Below, piece by piece: positions 6,781 through 14,484 of a DNA stretch of 30,401 nucleotides. Each line of letters starts with the position of its first letter. Position 1 is the stretch's first letter. A model generated the notes under the pieces. It had not been told where the DNA came from. It did not search any database and saw nothing but the letters and a program-made list of their open reading frames with translations. This DNA is from a virus. Taxonomy: Duplodnaviria; Caudoviricetes. The translations under genes were made by a program, and so were the position numbers. The stretch is from the IMG/VR virus record IMGVR_UViG_3300020044_003235, positions 1-30,401 of that record; one strand, 5' to 3'.

Positions 6781-6925
6781 CGTAGAACAATTGATCGTAG
6801 GAGCCACAGGTGTTGGATATCTGATCGTAGGTGTGCTACAATGGAGCAAGGGAGAAATCTCTAATGGGATGATCTGGTCAGGTTACGCATTTGCACAAGT
6901 AGGTTTATGGCTAAACTTAAAGTAA
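6773..6925 (+). CDS. Small two-TM membrane protein, 50 aa
   Basis: Translated by hand: MINVEQLIVGATGVGYLIVGVLQWSKGEISNGMIWSGYAFAQVGLWLNLK. Confidence 0.65.
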   Translation: MINVEQLIVGATGVGYLIVGVLQWSKGEISNGMIWSGYAFAQVGLWLNLK

Positions 6926-6933
6926 GGAAAGAC

Positions 6934-7140
6934 ATGGTGGATATGACTATGTGTAACGACTATTCCTGCCCTGACTTTGACAGCTGCTACCGAGCACAGG
7001 CAAAGCCTAATCCGTATCGTCAAAGTTACTTCATGAGTTCCCCTCGTAAGATAGATGGCTGTGACTATCTATCTCCTTTAACCACTGACGAAGAACTGTA
7101 TGCGAATCGTTCTAGACATCGAGACAAACCTAGCACATGA
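6934..7140 (+). CDS. Small Cys-rich phage protein (DMTMC..CP...CYR...QSYF)
   Basis: TAAGGA SD before ATG 6934; four Cys residues. Confidence 0.7.
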   Translation: MVDMTMCNDYSCPDFDSCYRAQAKPNPYRQSYFMSSPRKIDGCDYLSPLTTDEELYANRSRHRDKPST

Positions 7141-7951
7141 CAAGATTCATGTTGTTGTAACTAAAGACATTGACACTGGAGAAGTAAAGTTATGGAAAGC
7201 AGCCGACAACCTGCGGGAGTATTTAAAGGGCGTGTCGTTGATAGTCATGCACAACGGCATAAGTTTCGATGCACCCGTATTGAATCGCTTATGGAAGACG
7301 AAGATTCGTTTGAATCAAGTGTACGATACGTTGATAGTAAGCAGGCTACTCGATCCCTCACGAGAGAACGGACACAGCCTCGAAGCATGGGGACAGACTC
7401 TAGGATTTCACAAGATTGATTATGCGAAAGTATGGACATGGCTTATGGATCGTCCTGAAGAATATCGTGGTGAGAGCTTCGATCTTCCTCATCATGGGCT
7501 TCTTGATGACTATTGCGTACGTGATGTAGAGGTAACTGCTCAACTGTATCTCAAACTAGTCAGTGACTTCAATGAGAAACAGTTCAGTCCTGAGTCACTG
7601 GAACTTGAACACAGTGTTGCCGCTATCATTGCTCAACAGACCAGAAACGGTTTTAAATTGGATCAACCTTATGCAATGTGCCTTATTACTTCTCTCAAAA
7701 CAAGACTGGCAGAGCTACTTGAGCGATCCTCAGAGCTTTATCCAGAAGAAACAGTTGAACGATACAGTGAGAAAACAGGAAAGCGCCTCAAAGATTCCAC
7801 TGTTGTTTTCAACATTGGAGCAAGACAGCAAGTTGCTAAAAAACTACAAGAGCTAGGCTGGAAACCCTCCAAGCATACCGAAAAAGGTAGTATAATTGTA
7901 GATGAGTCCGTCTTGGATGAAATTATAAAGGAATGTGATGAAACTAAGTGA
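7100..7951 (+). CDS. polA: Family A DNA polymerase, N-terminal part (3'-5' exonuclease plus start of thumb)
   Basis: ExoI LDIET, ExoII HNGISFD, DTL, HSLEAWG, ExoIII YCVRDV, NGFKLD, and thumb motif FN..RQQ...GWKP...TEKG...VDESVL followed by a stop. Confidence 0.93.
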   Translation: MRIVLDIETNLAHDKIHVVVTKDIDTGEVKLWKAADNLREYLKGVSLIVMHNGISFDAPVLNRLWKTKIRLNQVYDTLIVSRLLDPSRENGHSLEAWGQTLGFHKIDYAKVWTWLMDRPEEYRGESFDLPHHGLLDDYCVRDVEVTAQLYLKLVSDFNEKQFSPESLELEHSVAAIIAQQTRNGFKLDQPYAMCLITSLKTRLAELLERSSELYPEETVERYSEKTGKRLKDSTVVFNIGARQQVAKKLQELGWKPSKHTEKGSIIVDESVLDEIIKECDETK

Positions 7952-8396
7952 TATAGGTTACAACGAAGCAGGTGAATTGGTTTGGTTAAAGACTAAAGGC
8001 AGGGCTATTCAAGGAACTCCTGTGGGATGGATAAGCAAGCACGGATACCGTGAGATGGAAATTGAGGGAAAACGGAAGAAAGTGCATCATGTTGTCTGGT
8101 TCTTAAATAAAGGAGAGTGGCCTGATATGCTAGATCATATCAATGGAGACCGTTCTGATAACCGTCTTGAGAACTTACGAACTTGCACAGTCCGTCAGAA
8201 TTCGAGCAACCGTAAAAAGAAAGACAGACATCTTCCTCGTAATGTGTATCACACACAGACAGAAGGTAAGTATCGGGTGTCTTTGCAAGTTAAAGGCAAA
8301 CACATAAGCTTTGGTGTTTTCTCTGATTTAGAAAGGGCTGAAACAGTTGCTAAACAAGCGAGGGAGCTGCACTATGGCGCTTTTGCGGGGAGCTGA
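7938..8396 (+). mobile_element. HNH homing endonuclease (HNH plus AP2-like C-terminal domain) inserted in the polymerase gene
   Basis: HHVVW...LDHINGDRSDNRLENLR...N; C-terminal YRVSLQVKGKHISFGVF...ARELHYGAFA; overlaps both pol ORFs. Confidence 0.9.
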
Positions 8397-9294
8397 TAAG
8401 GTTAAACTTAAAGAGCTTGCGGAACTTGTCAAGGAATATCTACTGGTACAGAAGCGTATCAGTCAGATCGAATCTTGGATGGAAGCTGTGGGTAAGGACG
8501 GACGAGTACATGGTAAGGTTATCACCAATGGAGCTGTGACAGGGCGCATGACCCATAGCAGTCCTAACATGGCTCAGATCCCCAATGCAGGTAGCATCTA
8601 TGGCCCTGAGTGCCGTGAGTGCTGGACTGTTGAAGAAGGTAATGTGTTGGTAGGTTGCGATGCTTCAGGTCTGGAGCTTCGTATGTTGGCTCACTACATG
8701 GAGGATGAAGCGTATGTCAGAACAGTTACTGAAGGAAACTCTAAAGATGGTACAGATGTCCATACAGTTAATCAACGAGCAGCAGGACTTGCAACAAGAG
8801 ATAACGCAAAGACTTTTATCTATGCGTTCTTATATGGTGCAGGAGATGCTAAAATTGGAAGTATTGTTGGAGGAAGTGCAAAAGCAGGAGAAGCTCTCAA
8901 AGCCAAATTTCTCCAGCAAACGCCAGCCCTTGCAAAGCTTCTCAAAAAAATCAAACTCAGTGCAGCCCGAGGATTCTGTAAAGGACTTGATGGGCGATGT
9001 ATTTGGATTCGGTCAGAACACGCTGCCCTCAATTCGCTCCTCCAAGGTGCTGGAGCCATCGTGATGAAGAAGGCTCTCGTGATCTTTGATGACAAACGTA
9101 AGGCTAATAACTGGCCTGTTAAGTATGTCGCCAATGTTCACGATGAATTTCAGATGGAGTGTCCTAAAGAGATTGCTGATATAGTCGGATCTGCTGCTAG
9201 AATGTCCATCATTGAGGCAGGAGAACACTACAAACTTCGCTGTCCTTTGGATGGTGAATACAAGATCGGTGCTAACTGGAGACAGACTCACTGA
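8374..9294 (+). CDS. polA: Family A DNA polymerase, C-terminal catalytic part
   Basis: TGRMTHSSPN, motif A DASGLELR, motif B RDNAKTFIYAFLYG (Tyr at the 762-equivalent, as in T7), motif C VHDE. GGAG SD 7 nt before ATG 8374. Confidence 0.95.
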   Translation: MALLRGADKVKLKELAELVKEYLLVQKRISQIESWMEAVGKDGRVHGKVITNGAVTGRMTHSSPNMAQIPNAGSIYGPECRECWTVEEGNVLVGCDASGLELRMLAHYMEDEAYVRTVTEGNSKDGTDVHTVNQRAAGLATRDNAKTFIYAFLYGAGDAKIGSIVGGSAKAGEALKAKFLQQTPALAKLLKKIKLSAARGFCKGLDGRCIWIRSEHAALNSLLQGAGAIVMKKALVIFDDKRKANNWPVKYVANVHDEFQMECPKEIADIVGSAARMSIIEAGEHYKLRCPLDGEYKIGANWRQTH

Positions 9295-9318
9295 TCTGAT
9301 AAATAATTGTAACAGTGC

Positions 9319-9347
9319 TTGACAGGACGTTAAAGTGCGGTTACAAT
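9319..9347 (+). promoter_or_regulatory. Sigma-70 promoter for the tRNA/ssb operon
   Basis: TTGACA (9319-9324), 17-nt spacer, TACAAT (9342-9347); 9 nt before the tRNA. Confidence 0.8.
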
Positions 9348-9356
9348 AATAGACAA

Positions 9357-9443
9357 GCGAGTATGGTGGAATTGGTATACACAGCAGACTTAAAATCTGC
9401 CGCCTGAGAAGGATTGAGGGATCGTGACCCTCTACTCGCACCA
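9357..9443 (+). tRNA. tRNA-Leu (anticodon UAA)
   Basis: Acceptor stem GCGAGTA/TACTCGC, discriminator A and encoded CCA; D-arm GGTGGAATTGGTATACAC; anticodon arm GCAGA-CTTAAAA-TCTGC; long variable arm; T-stem GAGGG/CCCTC. Confidence 0.93.
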
Positions 9444-9456
9444 ATCAGCTTGATCT

Positions 9457-9532
9457 GACACCTCTACGCCGTTATTAGTGGAGAAGCTCTGGGATTCCCG
9501 GAGGGCAGTGTCCCTGTAGTATAGTAAGCAGG
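9457..9532 (+). ncRNA. Putative structured 5' leader of ssb (three-way junction plus hairpin)
   Basis: Stems GACAC/GTGTC, CTCTAC/GTGGAG, CTCTGGG/CCCGGAG and CCTG/CAGG found by hand folding. Confidence 0.45.
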
Positions 9533-9560
9533 AACTTTCATAACATTTAAGGAAATTCAA

Positions 9561-9977
9561 ATGGACAACAAACCAGTCAAAATCGCAGGTCAAATCTTCT
9601 GGGCTAACTGGATGAAGGAATTCAACACCAAGTTCAATGAAGACAACACCAAGTATGAGTGTACTATCGGTATGCTCTCTGACAAGGCTTGTGAAGCTCT
9701 TAAAGGCTTGGGTATTGTGATCAAGAACAAAGACACAATGGGTAACTACATTGTGGGTAAGAGTAAGTTTCTGTTCGAGCCTATGGACGATAACGGCAAC
9801 GCTATTGACATCAGCAAGATTGGTAACGGTACTAAGGTAACTGCTCTGGTTGGTAGCTATCGCCACAAGATGTCAGCTAAGTTCGGTGCTGCTCCGTCTA
9901 TCAGCAAGATCATCGTGACTGACTTGGTTGTCTATGGCGGTGACGCTGAAGGCGAAGATGACTCAGACATCCTGTAA
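9561..9977 (+). CDS. ssb: Single-stranded DNA-binding protein (T7 gp2.5-like)
   Basis: Lies between pol and the exonuclease; motifs WA..., KY, IGNGT.V; acidic tail GDAEGEDDSDIL; TAAGGA SD. Confidence 0.8.
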   Translation: MDNKPVKIAGQIFWANWMKEFNTKFNEDNTKYECTIGMLSDKACEALKGLGIVIKNKDTMGNYIVGKSKFLFEPMDDNGNAIDISKIGNGTKVTALVGSYRHKMSAKFGAAPSISKIIVTDLVVYGGDAEGEDDSDIL

Positions 9978-10719
9978 TCAGGAACCTAAGATTGCACTAA
10001 TCGATGCTGACTTTCTTGTCTACCGTATTGGCTTCAGTACGGAGGATGAGCCAGTTGGCATCGCTAAAGCACGATTAACGGAGTGGTTAGAAGACTTTAT
10101 CTACGTGAAACTCAAGGCTGATCATTATCTAGCTTGGATCACAGGTAAAACTAACTACCGTTATGACATTGCCAAGACAGTGCCCTACAAAGGCAACCGT
10201 AAGGATGTACTTAGACCTAAGCACTACGAAGCCCTACGGGAGCATCTAGTCAAGCGTCACGGTGCAGTAGTTACAGTTGGTGAGGAAGCTGATGATACCG
10301 TAGCCATTGACTCCACTAAGCTCTTGGATGAGTGCTGGATTGTCCATGTGGATAAGGACTTGGATCAGCTTCAAGGATGGCACTACAACCCTGTTCGAGA
10401 TGAGAGGTACTATGTTAGCGATTTCGAGGCCTATAGGTCGTTTTGCACACAGCTCCTCACAGGAGACAGGATTGACAATATCCCGTGCTTGGCTGGCATT
10501 GGCCCGAAGAAGGCGGCTAAAGCTCTGGCAGAAGCTAAAACTAAAGAGGAACTGCTTCAAGCCGTCTTTGACAAGTATCAAGAACTGGGACATACGTCAG
10601 AGTATTTTACAGAACAAGCTCAACTCTTGTGGCTGAGACGTTATGAAGGAGAATTATGGCAACCGCCAAGCAAGTTGCAATTAAGTACGGGTTCAGGTCA
10701 GGACTTGAAGAGCGAGTAG
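9958..10719 (+). CDS. 5'-3' exonuclease / RNase H (T7 gp6-like)
   Basis: LIDAD, YKGNR, EADD, DKDLDQ, GDRIDNIP.L.GIGPK (H3TH). Start position uncertain. Confidence 0.93.
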   Translation: MTQTSCNQEPKIALIDADFLVYRIGFSTEDEPVGIAKARLTEWLEDFIYVKLKADHYLAWITGKTNYRYDIAKTVPYKGNRKDVLRPKHYEALREHLVKRHGAVVTVGEEADDTVAIDSTKLLDECWIVHVDKDLDQLQGWHYNPVRDERYYVSDFEAYRSFCTQLLTGDRIDNIPCLAGIGPKKAAKALAEAKTKEELLQAVFDKYQELGHTSEYFTEQAQLLWLRRYEGELWQPPSKLQLSTGSGQDLKSE

Positions 10720-11051
10720 CGGAGCAGTTGGATCAGTTAGGTGTGTCTTATACGTATGAGAAGGTCAAATTGAAGTATATTCGTCCTGCTTCTGCTCACG
10801 TATACACGCCTGACTTTCAACTCCCAAACGGGATCATTGTGGAGACTAAAGGGCGCTTCTTAGCACCTGATCGTCAGAAGCATTTGTTAGTTAAGAAACA
10901 TAATCCCGATCTCGACATTAGGTTTGTATTCAGTAATTCCAATGCCAGAATCAGCAAAGCGTCTAAGACAACGTATGCTATGTGGTGCAGGAAGAATGGA
11001 TATAAGTTTGCTGATAAGACTATACCTGAGGAGTGGCTAAATGAATGTTGA
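10656..11051 (+). CDS. Endonuclease I / Holliday junction resolvase (T7 gp3-like)
   Basis: FRSGLE, YTPDF, VETKGRF, DIRFVF, TTYAMWC. Confidence 0.95.
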   Translation: MATAKQVAIKYGFRSGLEERVAEQLDQLGVSYTYEKVKLKYIRPASAHVYTPDFQLPNGIIVETKGRFLAPDRQKHLLVKKHNPDLDIRFVFSNSNARISKASKTTYAMWCRKNGYKFADKTIPEEWLNEC

Positions 11052-11211
11052 ATTGACCAAAGAGAATGAAGACGGCAGTGCAAACTATAGCTTTGATTTG
11101 ACTAGTGCAGAGGTAGAATCGCTTATTCGATTCGGTATCCTTGAAGCACTCAAGGCTGCTATCCGTGAAGGTGATACATTGAAAGTTGAAGGTGAAGATG
11201 TCAGCAGTTAA
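11041..11211 (+). CDS. Hypothetical 56-aa protein (MNVELTKENEDGSA...)
   Basis: Translated by hand; GAGGAG SD; fills the gap before thyX. Confidence 0.7.
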   Translation: MNVELTKENEDGSANYSFDLTSAEVESLIRFGILEALKAAIREGDTLKVEGEDVSS

Positions 11212-11836
11212 AGTTGTATGGGCTACCCCTAATGCTGAAGAAGCTGTGGCCTACTGTGCTCGTGTAAGTAATCCTGAGAATCAGAATGCTCAAGAGACAG
11301 CACCTAAGCTTCTGAAGTATCTAATCAAGCACAAGCACTGGAGTCCCTTTGAGATGGCTAACGTGTGCATGGAGATTGAGACAACACGAGACATTGCTCG
11401 GCAGATCCTTCGACATCGTAGCTTTAGCTTCCAAGAGTTCTCTCAGCGATACGCTGTAGCTCAAGGGTTTGTATTCTCGGAAGCACGAATGCAGGACAAT
11501 AAGAATCGTCAGAACTCATTAGATACTGATGATCTTTATTTGAATAACTGGTGGAATGCTGCTCAAGTTCGAGTACAATGTGAAGCTGAGTTGATGTATA
11601 AGGCAGCACTTGAAAAGGGTATTGCTAAAGAGCAAGCTCGTAAGCTGTTGCCTGAGGGTTTGACCATGAGTAAGATGTACATGAACGGCACACTGCGTAG
11701 TTGGCTTCACTACGTGGATATTCGCTGTGACAAGGCTACGCAGAAGGAACACCGAGAGGTGGCTGAGAAATGCCGTGATGAGTTGACTAAGTTGTTCCCT
11801 AATACTATGAGCGCTTTGCGCGAAGGAGGCATTTAA
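11198..11836 (+). CDS. thyX: Flavin-dependent thymidylate synthase
   Basis: HWSPFE, RQILRHRSFSFQEFSQRY (RHR-x7-S signature), KEQAR, R...TQKEHR. Confidence 0.96.
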   Translation: MSAVKVVWATPNAEEAVAYCARVSNPENQNAQETAPKLLKYLIKHKHWSPFEMANVCMEIETTRDIARQILRHRSFSFQEFSQRYAVAQGFVFSEARMQDNKNRQNSLDTDDLYLNNWWNAAQVRVQCEAELMYKAALEKGIAKEQARKLLPEGLTMSKMYMNGTLRSWLHYVDIRCDKATQKEHREVAEKCRDELTKLFPNTMSALREGGI

Positions 11837-12132
11837 TGCGAATCGAACAGATTGAAGACTTGTTGGATGAGTTTGACTTCGGTAAGGTCAAGAAGGTTAT
11901 GGACTGCCTTGAGTGGAAGTATCATGGAAGTGCTGACGACGAAATAAGCGTAGGTGAACTTCGTAGAATGGCTAGGTATCTCCTGCAAGAAGTTTATGAT
12001 TTTGATGACTCTCCGTATGAGTGTATCTCTTCAGGGGGTTTTCAGGCGGTACGTCAAGTGTTTGCAGAAGACAGCAAAAAGTATCTTACATTACAATTTG
12101 TAGTAACAGAATGGAGCGACCTCGAATGTTGA
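11836..12132 (+). CDS. Hypothetical phage protein (DEFDF.KV...W...SGGF)
   Basis: AGGAGG SD; TAATG overlap with thyX. Confidence 0.75.
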   Translation: MRIEQIEDLLDEFDFGKVKKVMDCLEWKYHGSADDEISVGELRRMARYLLQEVYDFDDSPYECISSGGFQAVRQVFAEDSKKYLTLQFVVTEWSDLEC

Positions 12133-12434
12133 TTGAAGAGTATCAAGAACTAGCGTTTAAGACAGCGCTAGAGACAGCTAAGAACCCTGCTTATATGGTA
12201 GCTAATCTTACCTCTGAAGCTGGTGAAGTTGCAGGTAAGTATGCCAAGTGGATTCGAGATGGTGTCTTGGATGAAGCAGGTATGCAAAAGGAAGTTGGTG
12301 ATGTGCTTTGGCAGATCGCTGGCTTGTCTACAGTGATGGGTTGGAGCTTGGCCGATGTAGCCAGCCAGAACCTTCGTAAGCTTGCACAACGACAGATTAA
12401 CAATACCCTCAGTGGTGAAGGAGATAACCGATGA
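12126..12434 (+). CDS. MazG-like NTP pyrophosphohydrolase
   Basis: EYQ..A..TA, SEAGEV, EVGDVLW, NL.KL..R. Start at ATG 12126 after GGAG. Confidence 0.88.
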   Translation: MLIEEYQELAFKTALETAKNPAYMVANLTSEAGEVAGKYAKWIRDGVLDEAGMQKEVGDVLWQIAGLSTVMGWSLADVASQNLRKLAQRQINNTLSGEGDNR

Positions 12435-12727
12435 ACAATGAAGACCAAACAGAATACGCTTTCCGCTATACAGACTGTACAGGTAAAGTATACACTGCTA
12501 CCATCGAAAAGCCCGGCCCTACGTGGATGGAAGCATTGGATGATTATGTAAACTTTCTTGAGTCTGTGTTTAAGTACGATATTCGCTCTAAGATTCGATT
12601 GCATGAGGATCACGAGCTGAAGGATGCTCCTTGGTCTTATATTGATCCGTGGAGTGGCGAATACTTTAGTGTTGAGGATGAGGAAGAAGACACTAAAGAA
12701 TCTACTCACTTCAGTTGGGATGAGTGA
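12431..12727 (+). CDS. Hypothetical acidic protein
   Basis: AAGGAG SD; coupled to neighbours. Confidence 0.75.
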   Translation: MNNEDQTEYAFRYTDCTGKVYTATIEKPGPTWMEALDDYVNFLESVFKYDIRSKIRLHEDHELKDAPWSYIDPWSGEYFSVEDEEEDTKESTHFSWDE

Positions 12728-13170
12728 TGCACCCTAGAACAGAGTATAATAGACGTTGGAGAGAAAAGAATAAAGAGCGTCTTAAAGCTGAGAAAGCTAA
12801 ATACGATTTAGAACATAAAGAGGAAAGAAAAGATTATAAAGTTCTTCAGTCTATAAAAGATAGAGCTAAAAAGAAAGGAATTGATTTTGATTTAGACCTT
12901 TCTGATATTCTAGAATACTCTGTTTGTCCTGTTTTTGGATATGCGCTTGAGCGAGGTGACGGATGTGTAAAGTATAATAGCCCTTCAGTTGATAGAATTA
13001 ATCCAACACAAGGGTATACTAAAAACAACATTCAAATTCTTAGTAATAAGGCAAATTCTATGAAACAGGATGCTACTCCAGAAGAACTTTTAAAGTTTGC
13101 TGAGTGGATTTTTAAAACTTACAAAAAGGAAAACAATGAGGATTCTGTGCATTCCCGACACACAGTGTAA
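12727..13170 (+). CDS. Putative free-standing HNH-type homing endonuclease
   Basis: RAKKKGIDFDL, CPVFG, SPSVDRINPTQGYTKNNIQILSNKANSMK; visibly AT-rich compared with neighbours. Confidence 0.8.
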   Translation: MHPRTEYNRRWREKNKERLKAEKAKYDLEHKEERKDYKVLQSIKDRAKKKGIDFDLDLSDILEYSVCPVFGYALERGDGCVKYNSPSVDRINPTQGYTKNNIQILSNKANSMKQDATPEELLKFAEWIFKTYKKENNEDSVHSRHTV

Positions 13171-13906
13171 GCCGGATGTTCCTCTGGATCACCTCACATG
13201 GGCCGGTAAAGCTATCTGCGATTACCGGCCTGATGTGGTAGTGCATCTGGGAGATCATTGGGACTTTCCTAGTTTAAGCAGTCACGACAAAGCAGGCAGC
13301 AAGTACTTTGAAGGTAAACGATACTTAGCTGATGTCGAGTCAGGCAACAAAGGCATGAATATGCTCTTGGCTCCTTTGAAACAGCTTCAAAAGTCTCAGA
13401 AGGAATCTAAGCATAAGATCTACAAGCCTCGGCTAGTCCTCCTGAGGGGCAATCATGAACAGAGGCTTTCTAGGGCTGTTCAAAATAATCCAATGCTTGA
13501 AGGACTAATGACTTATGATCACCTTAATACTAAAGACTGGGAAGTGCATCCTTTTCTGGAGCCAGTGTTTATCGGCGGTATTGGCTTTAGTCATTATTTC
13601 CCAAGCGGCGCAATGGGGCGTCCTACCGGCTCTGCTGGCGCTCTTATCTCTAAGCTTCACCAGTCTGTTGTTTGTGGGCATCAGCAAGGAAGGCAAGTGG
13701 GATATGGGAAGAGGGCTGACGGTAAGCCTATCACTGCTATTATCGCTGGTAGTTATTACCTACACGACGAAGATTATATGGACAAACTCTCAAACCGTCA
13801 TTGGCGTGGCTTGGTTGTCTTAAACGAAGTCAAAGACGGAACATCAGATGAAATGTTTTTGTCGATTGAATACTTACAAAGGAAGTACGATGGAAAACAA
13901 GTGTAA
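13136..13906 (+). CDS. Calcineurin-like metallophosphoesterase
   Basis: IPDTQ, GDHWD, GNHE, FSH and GHQQ motifs; AAGGA SD. Confidence 0.9.
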   Translation: MRILCIPDTQCKPDVPLDHLTWAGKAICDYRPDVVVHLGDHWDFPSLSSHDKAGSKYFEGKRYLADVESGNKGMNMLLAPLKQLQKSQKESKHKIYKPRLVLLRGNHEQRLSRAVQNNPMLEGLMTYDHLNTKDWEVHPFLEPVFIGGIGFSHYFPSGAMGRPTGSAGALISKLHQSVVCGHQQGRQVGYGKRADGKPITAIIAGSYYLHDEDYMDKLSNRHWRGLVVLNEVKDGTSDEMFLSIEYLQRKYDGKQV

Positions 13907-14345
13907 CAGTTGCTTCTACGCACTCATGGACAAAGACCTTTCAGCTCCTTGTGCAGCCTGTGTAGGTTACTCTAACTTTGTAAAGGGAGATTTATATATG
14001 ACTTCACACGCTGCAAAGACTTTGAAGGAAGCTATTGATGATTGGTTTAAGCAGGATCAGGAAGATCGTGCATACCTCTTAGACAAGTACAATGTGGTGG
14101 ACAATCCTAAACATTATATGCTGTTCGAGGAAGAAGGTATTGAAGTACGGGATGTTATTGAGAAGCTTGTAAACAAGATTCCTCCAGTGTCTCGTGACTA
14201 TGGTGGGCTGTTCGTGGCTGACTATGTACAGATGATGCAATACTTGATGCGCTTCATGGACAAGAACGGTCAGGAAGACTTGAAGAAAGCTCGATGGTAT
14301 CTGGATAAGTTGATTGATAGTTATGAATATGAACATAACATTTGA
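13890..14345 (+). CDS. DUF3310 / T7 gp1.7-like protein (putative nucleotide kinase)
   Basis: VDNPKHY...IE..D...Y..R...KNGQEDLKKARWYL; N-terminal CxxC...CxxC. Confidence 0.75.
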   Translation: MENKCNSCFYALMDKDLSAPCAACVGYSNFVKGDLYMTSHAAKTLKEAIDDWFKQDQEDRAYLLDKYNVVDNPKHYMLFEEEGIEVRDVIEKLVNKIPPVSRDYGGLFVADYVQMMQYLMRFMDKNGQEDLKKARWYLDKLIDSYEYEHNI

Positions 14346-14484
14346 AGAGCTGAAAGAGAAACTTCAAAGCGTTGACGAAGTAACACTGCTGGAACTACTG
14401 GAGATTCGCAGTGAGGACATCGTAGAGCGCTTTGAGGATTACATTGAAGAACAACAAGATAAACTAATGCGAGAGATTGAATGA
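14323..14484 (+). CDS. Small acidic phage protein (TFEELKEKL..DEVTLLELLEI.SED.VERFED)
   Basis: Translated by hand; ATGA overlap with nrdB. Start is 14323 or 14329. Confidence 0.7.
   Translation: MNMNITFEELKEKLQSVDEVTLLELLEIRSEDIVERFEDYIEEQQDKLMREIE

Noticed and set aside
7918-8420. Group I intron or intein in polA
   Set aside because: The HNH ORF fills the whole insert, there is an in-frame stop and a frame change, and I see no intein C/S...HN ends or group I core elements. Only RT-PCR could fully exclude splicing.
8660-9064. 134-aa alternate-frame ORF inside pol, and similar shadow ORFs in primase, nrdA/B, phoH and tail genes
   Set aside because: Fully nested in well-supported genes, with no recognisable motifs; expected by-products of codon bias.
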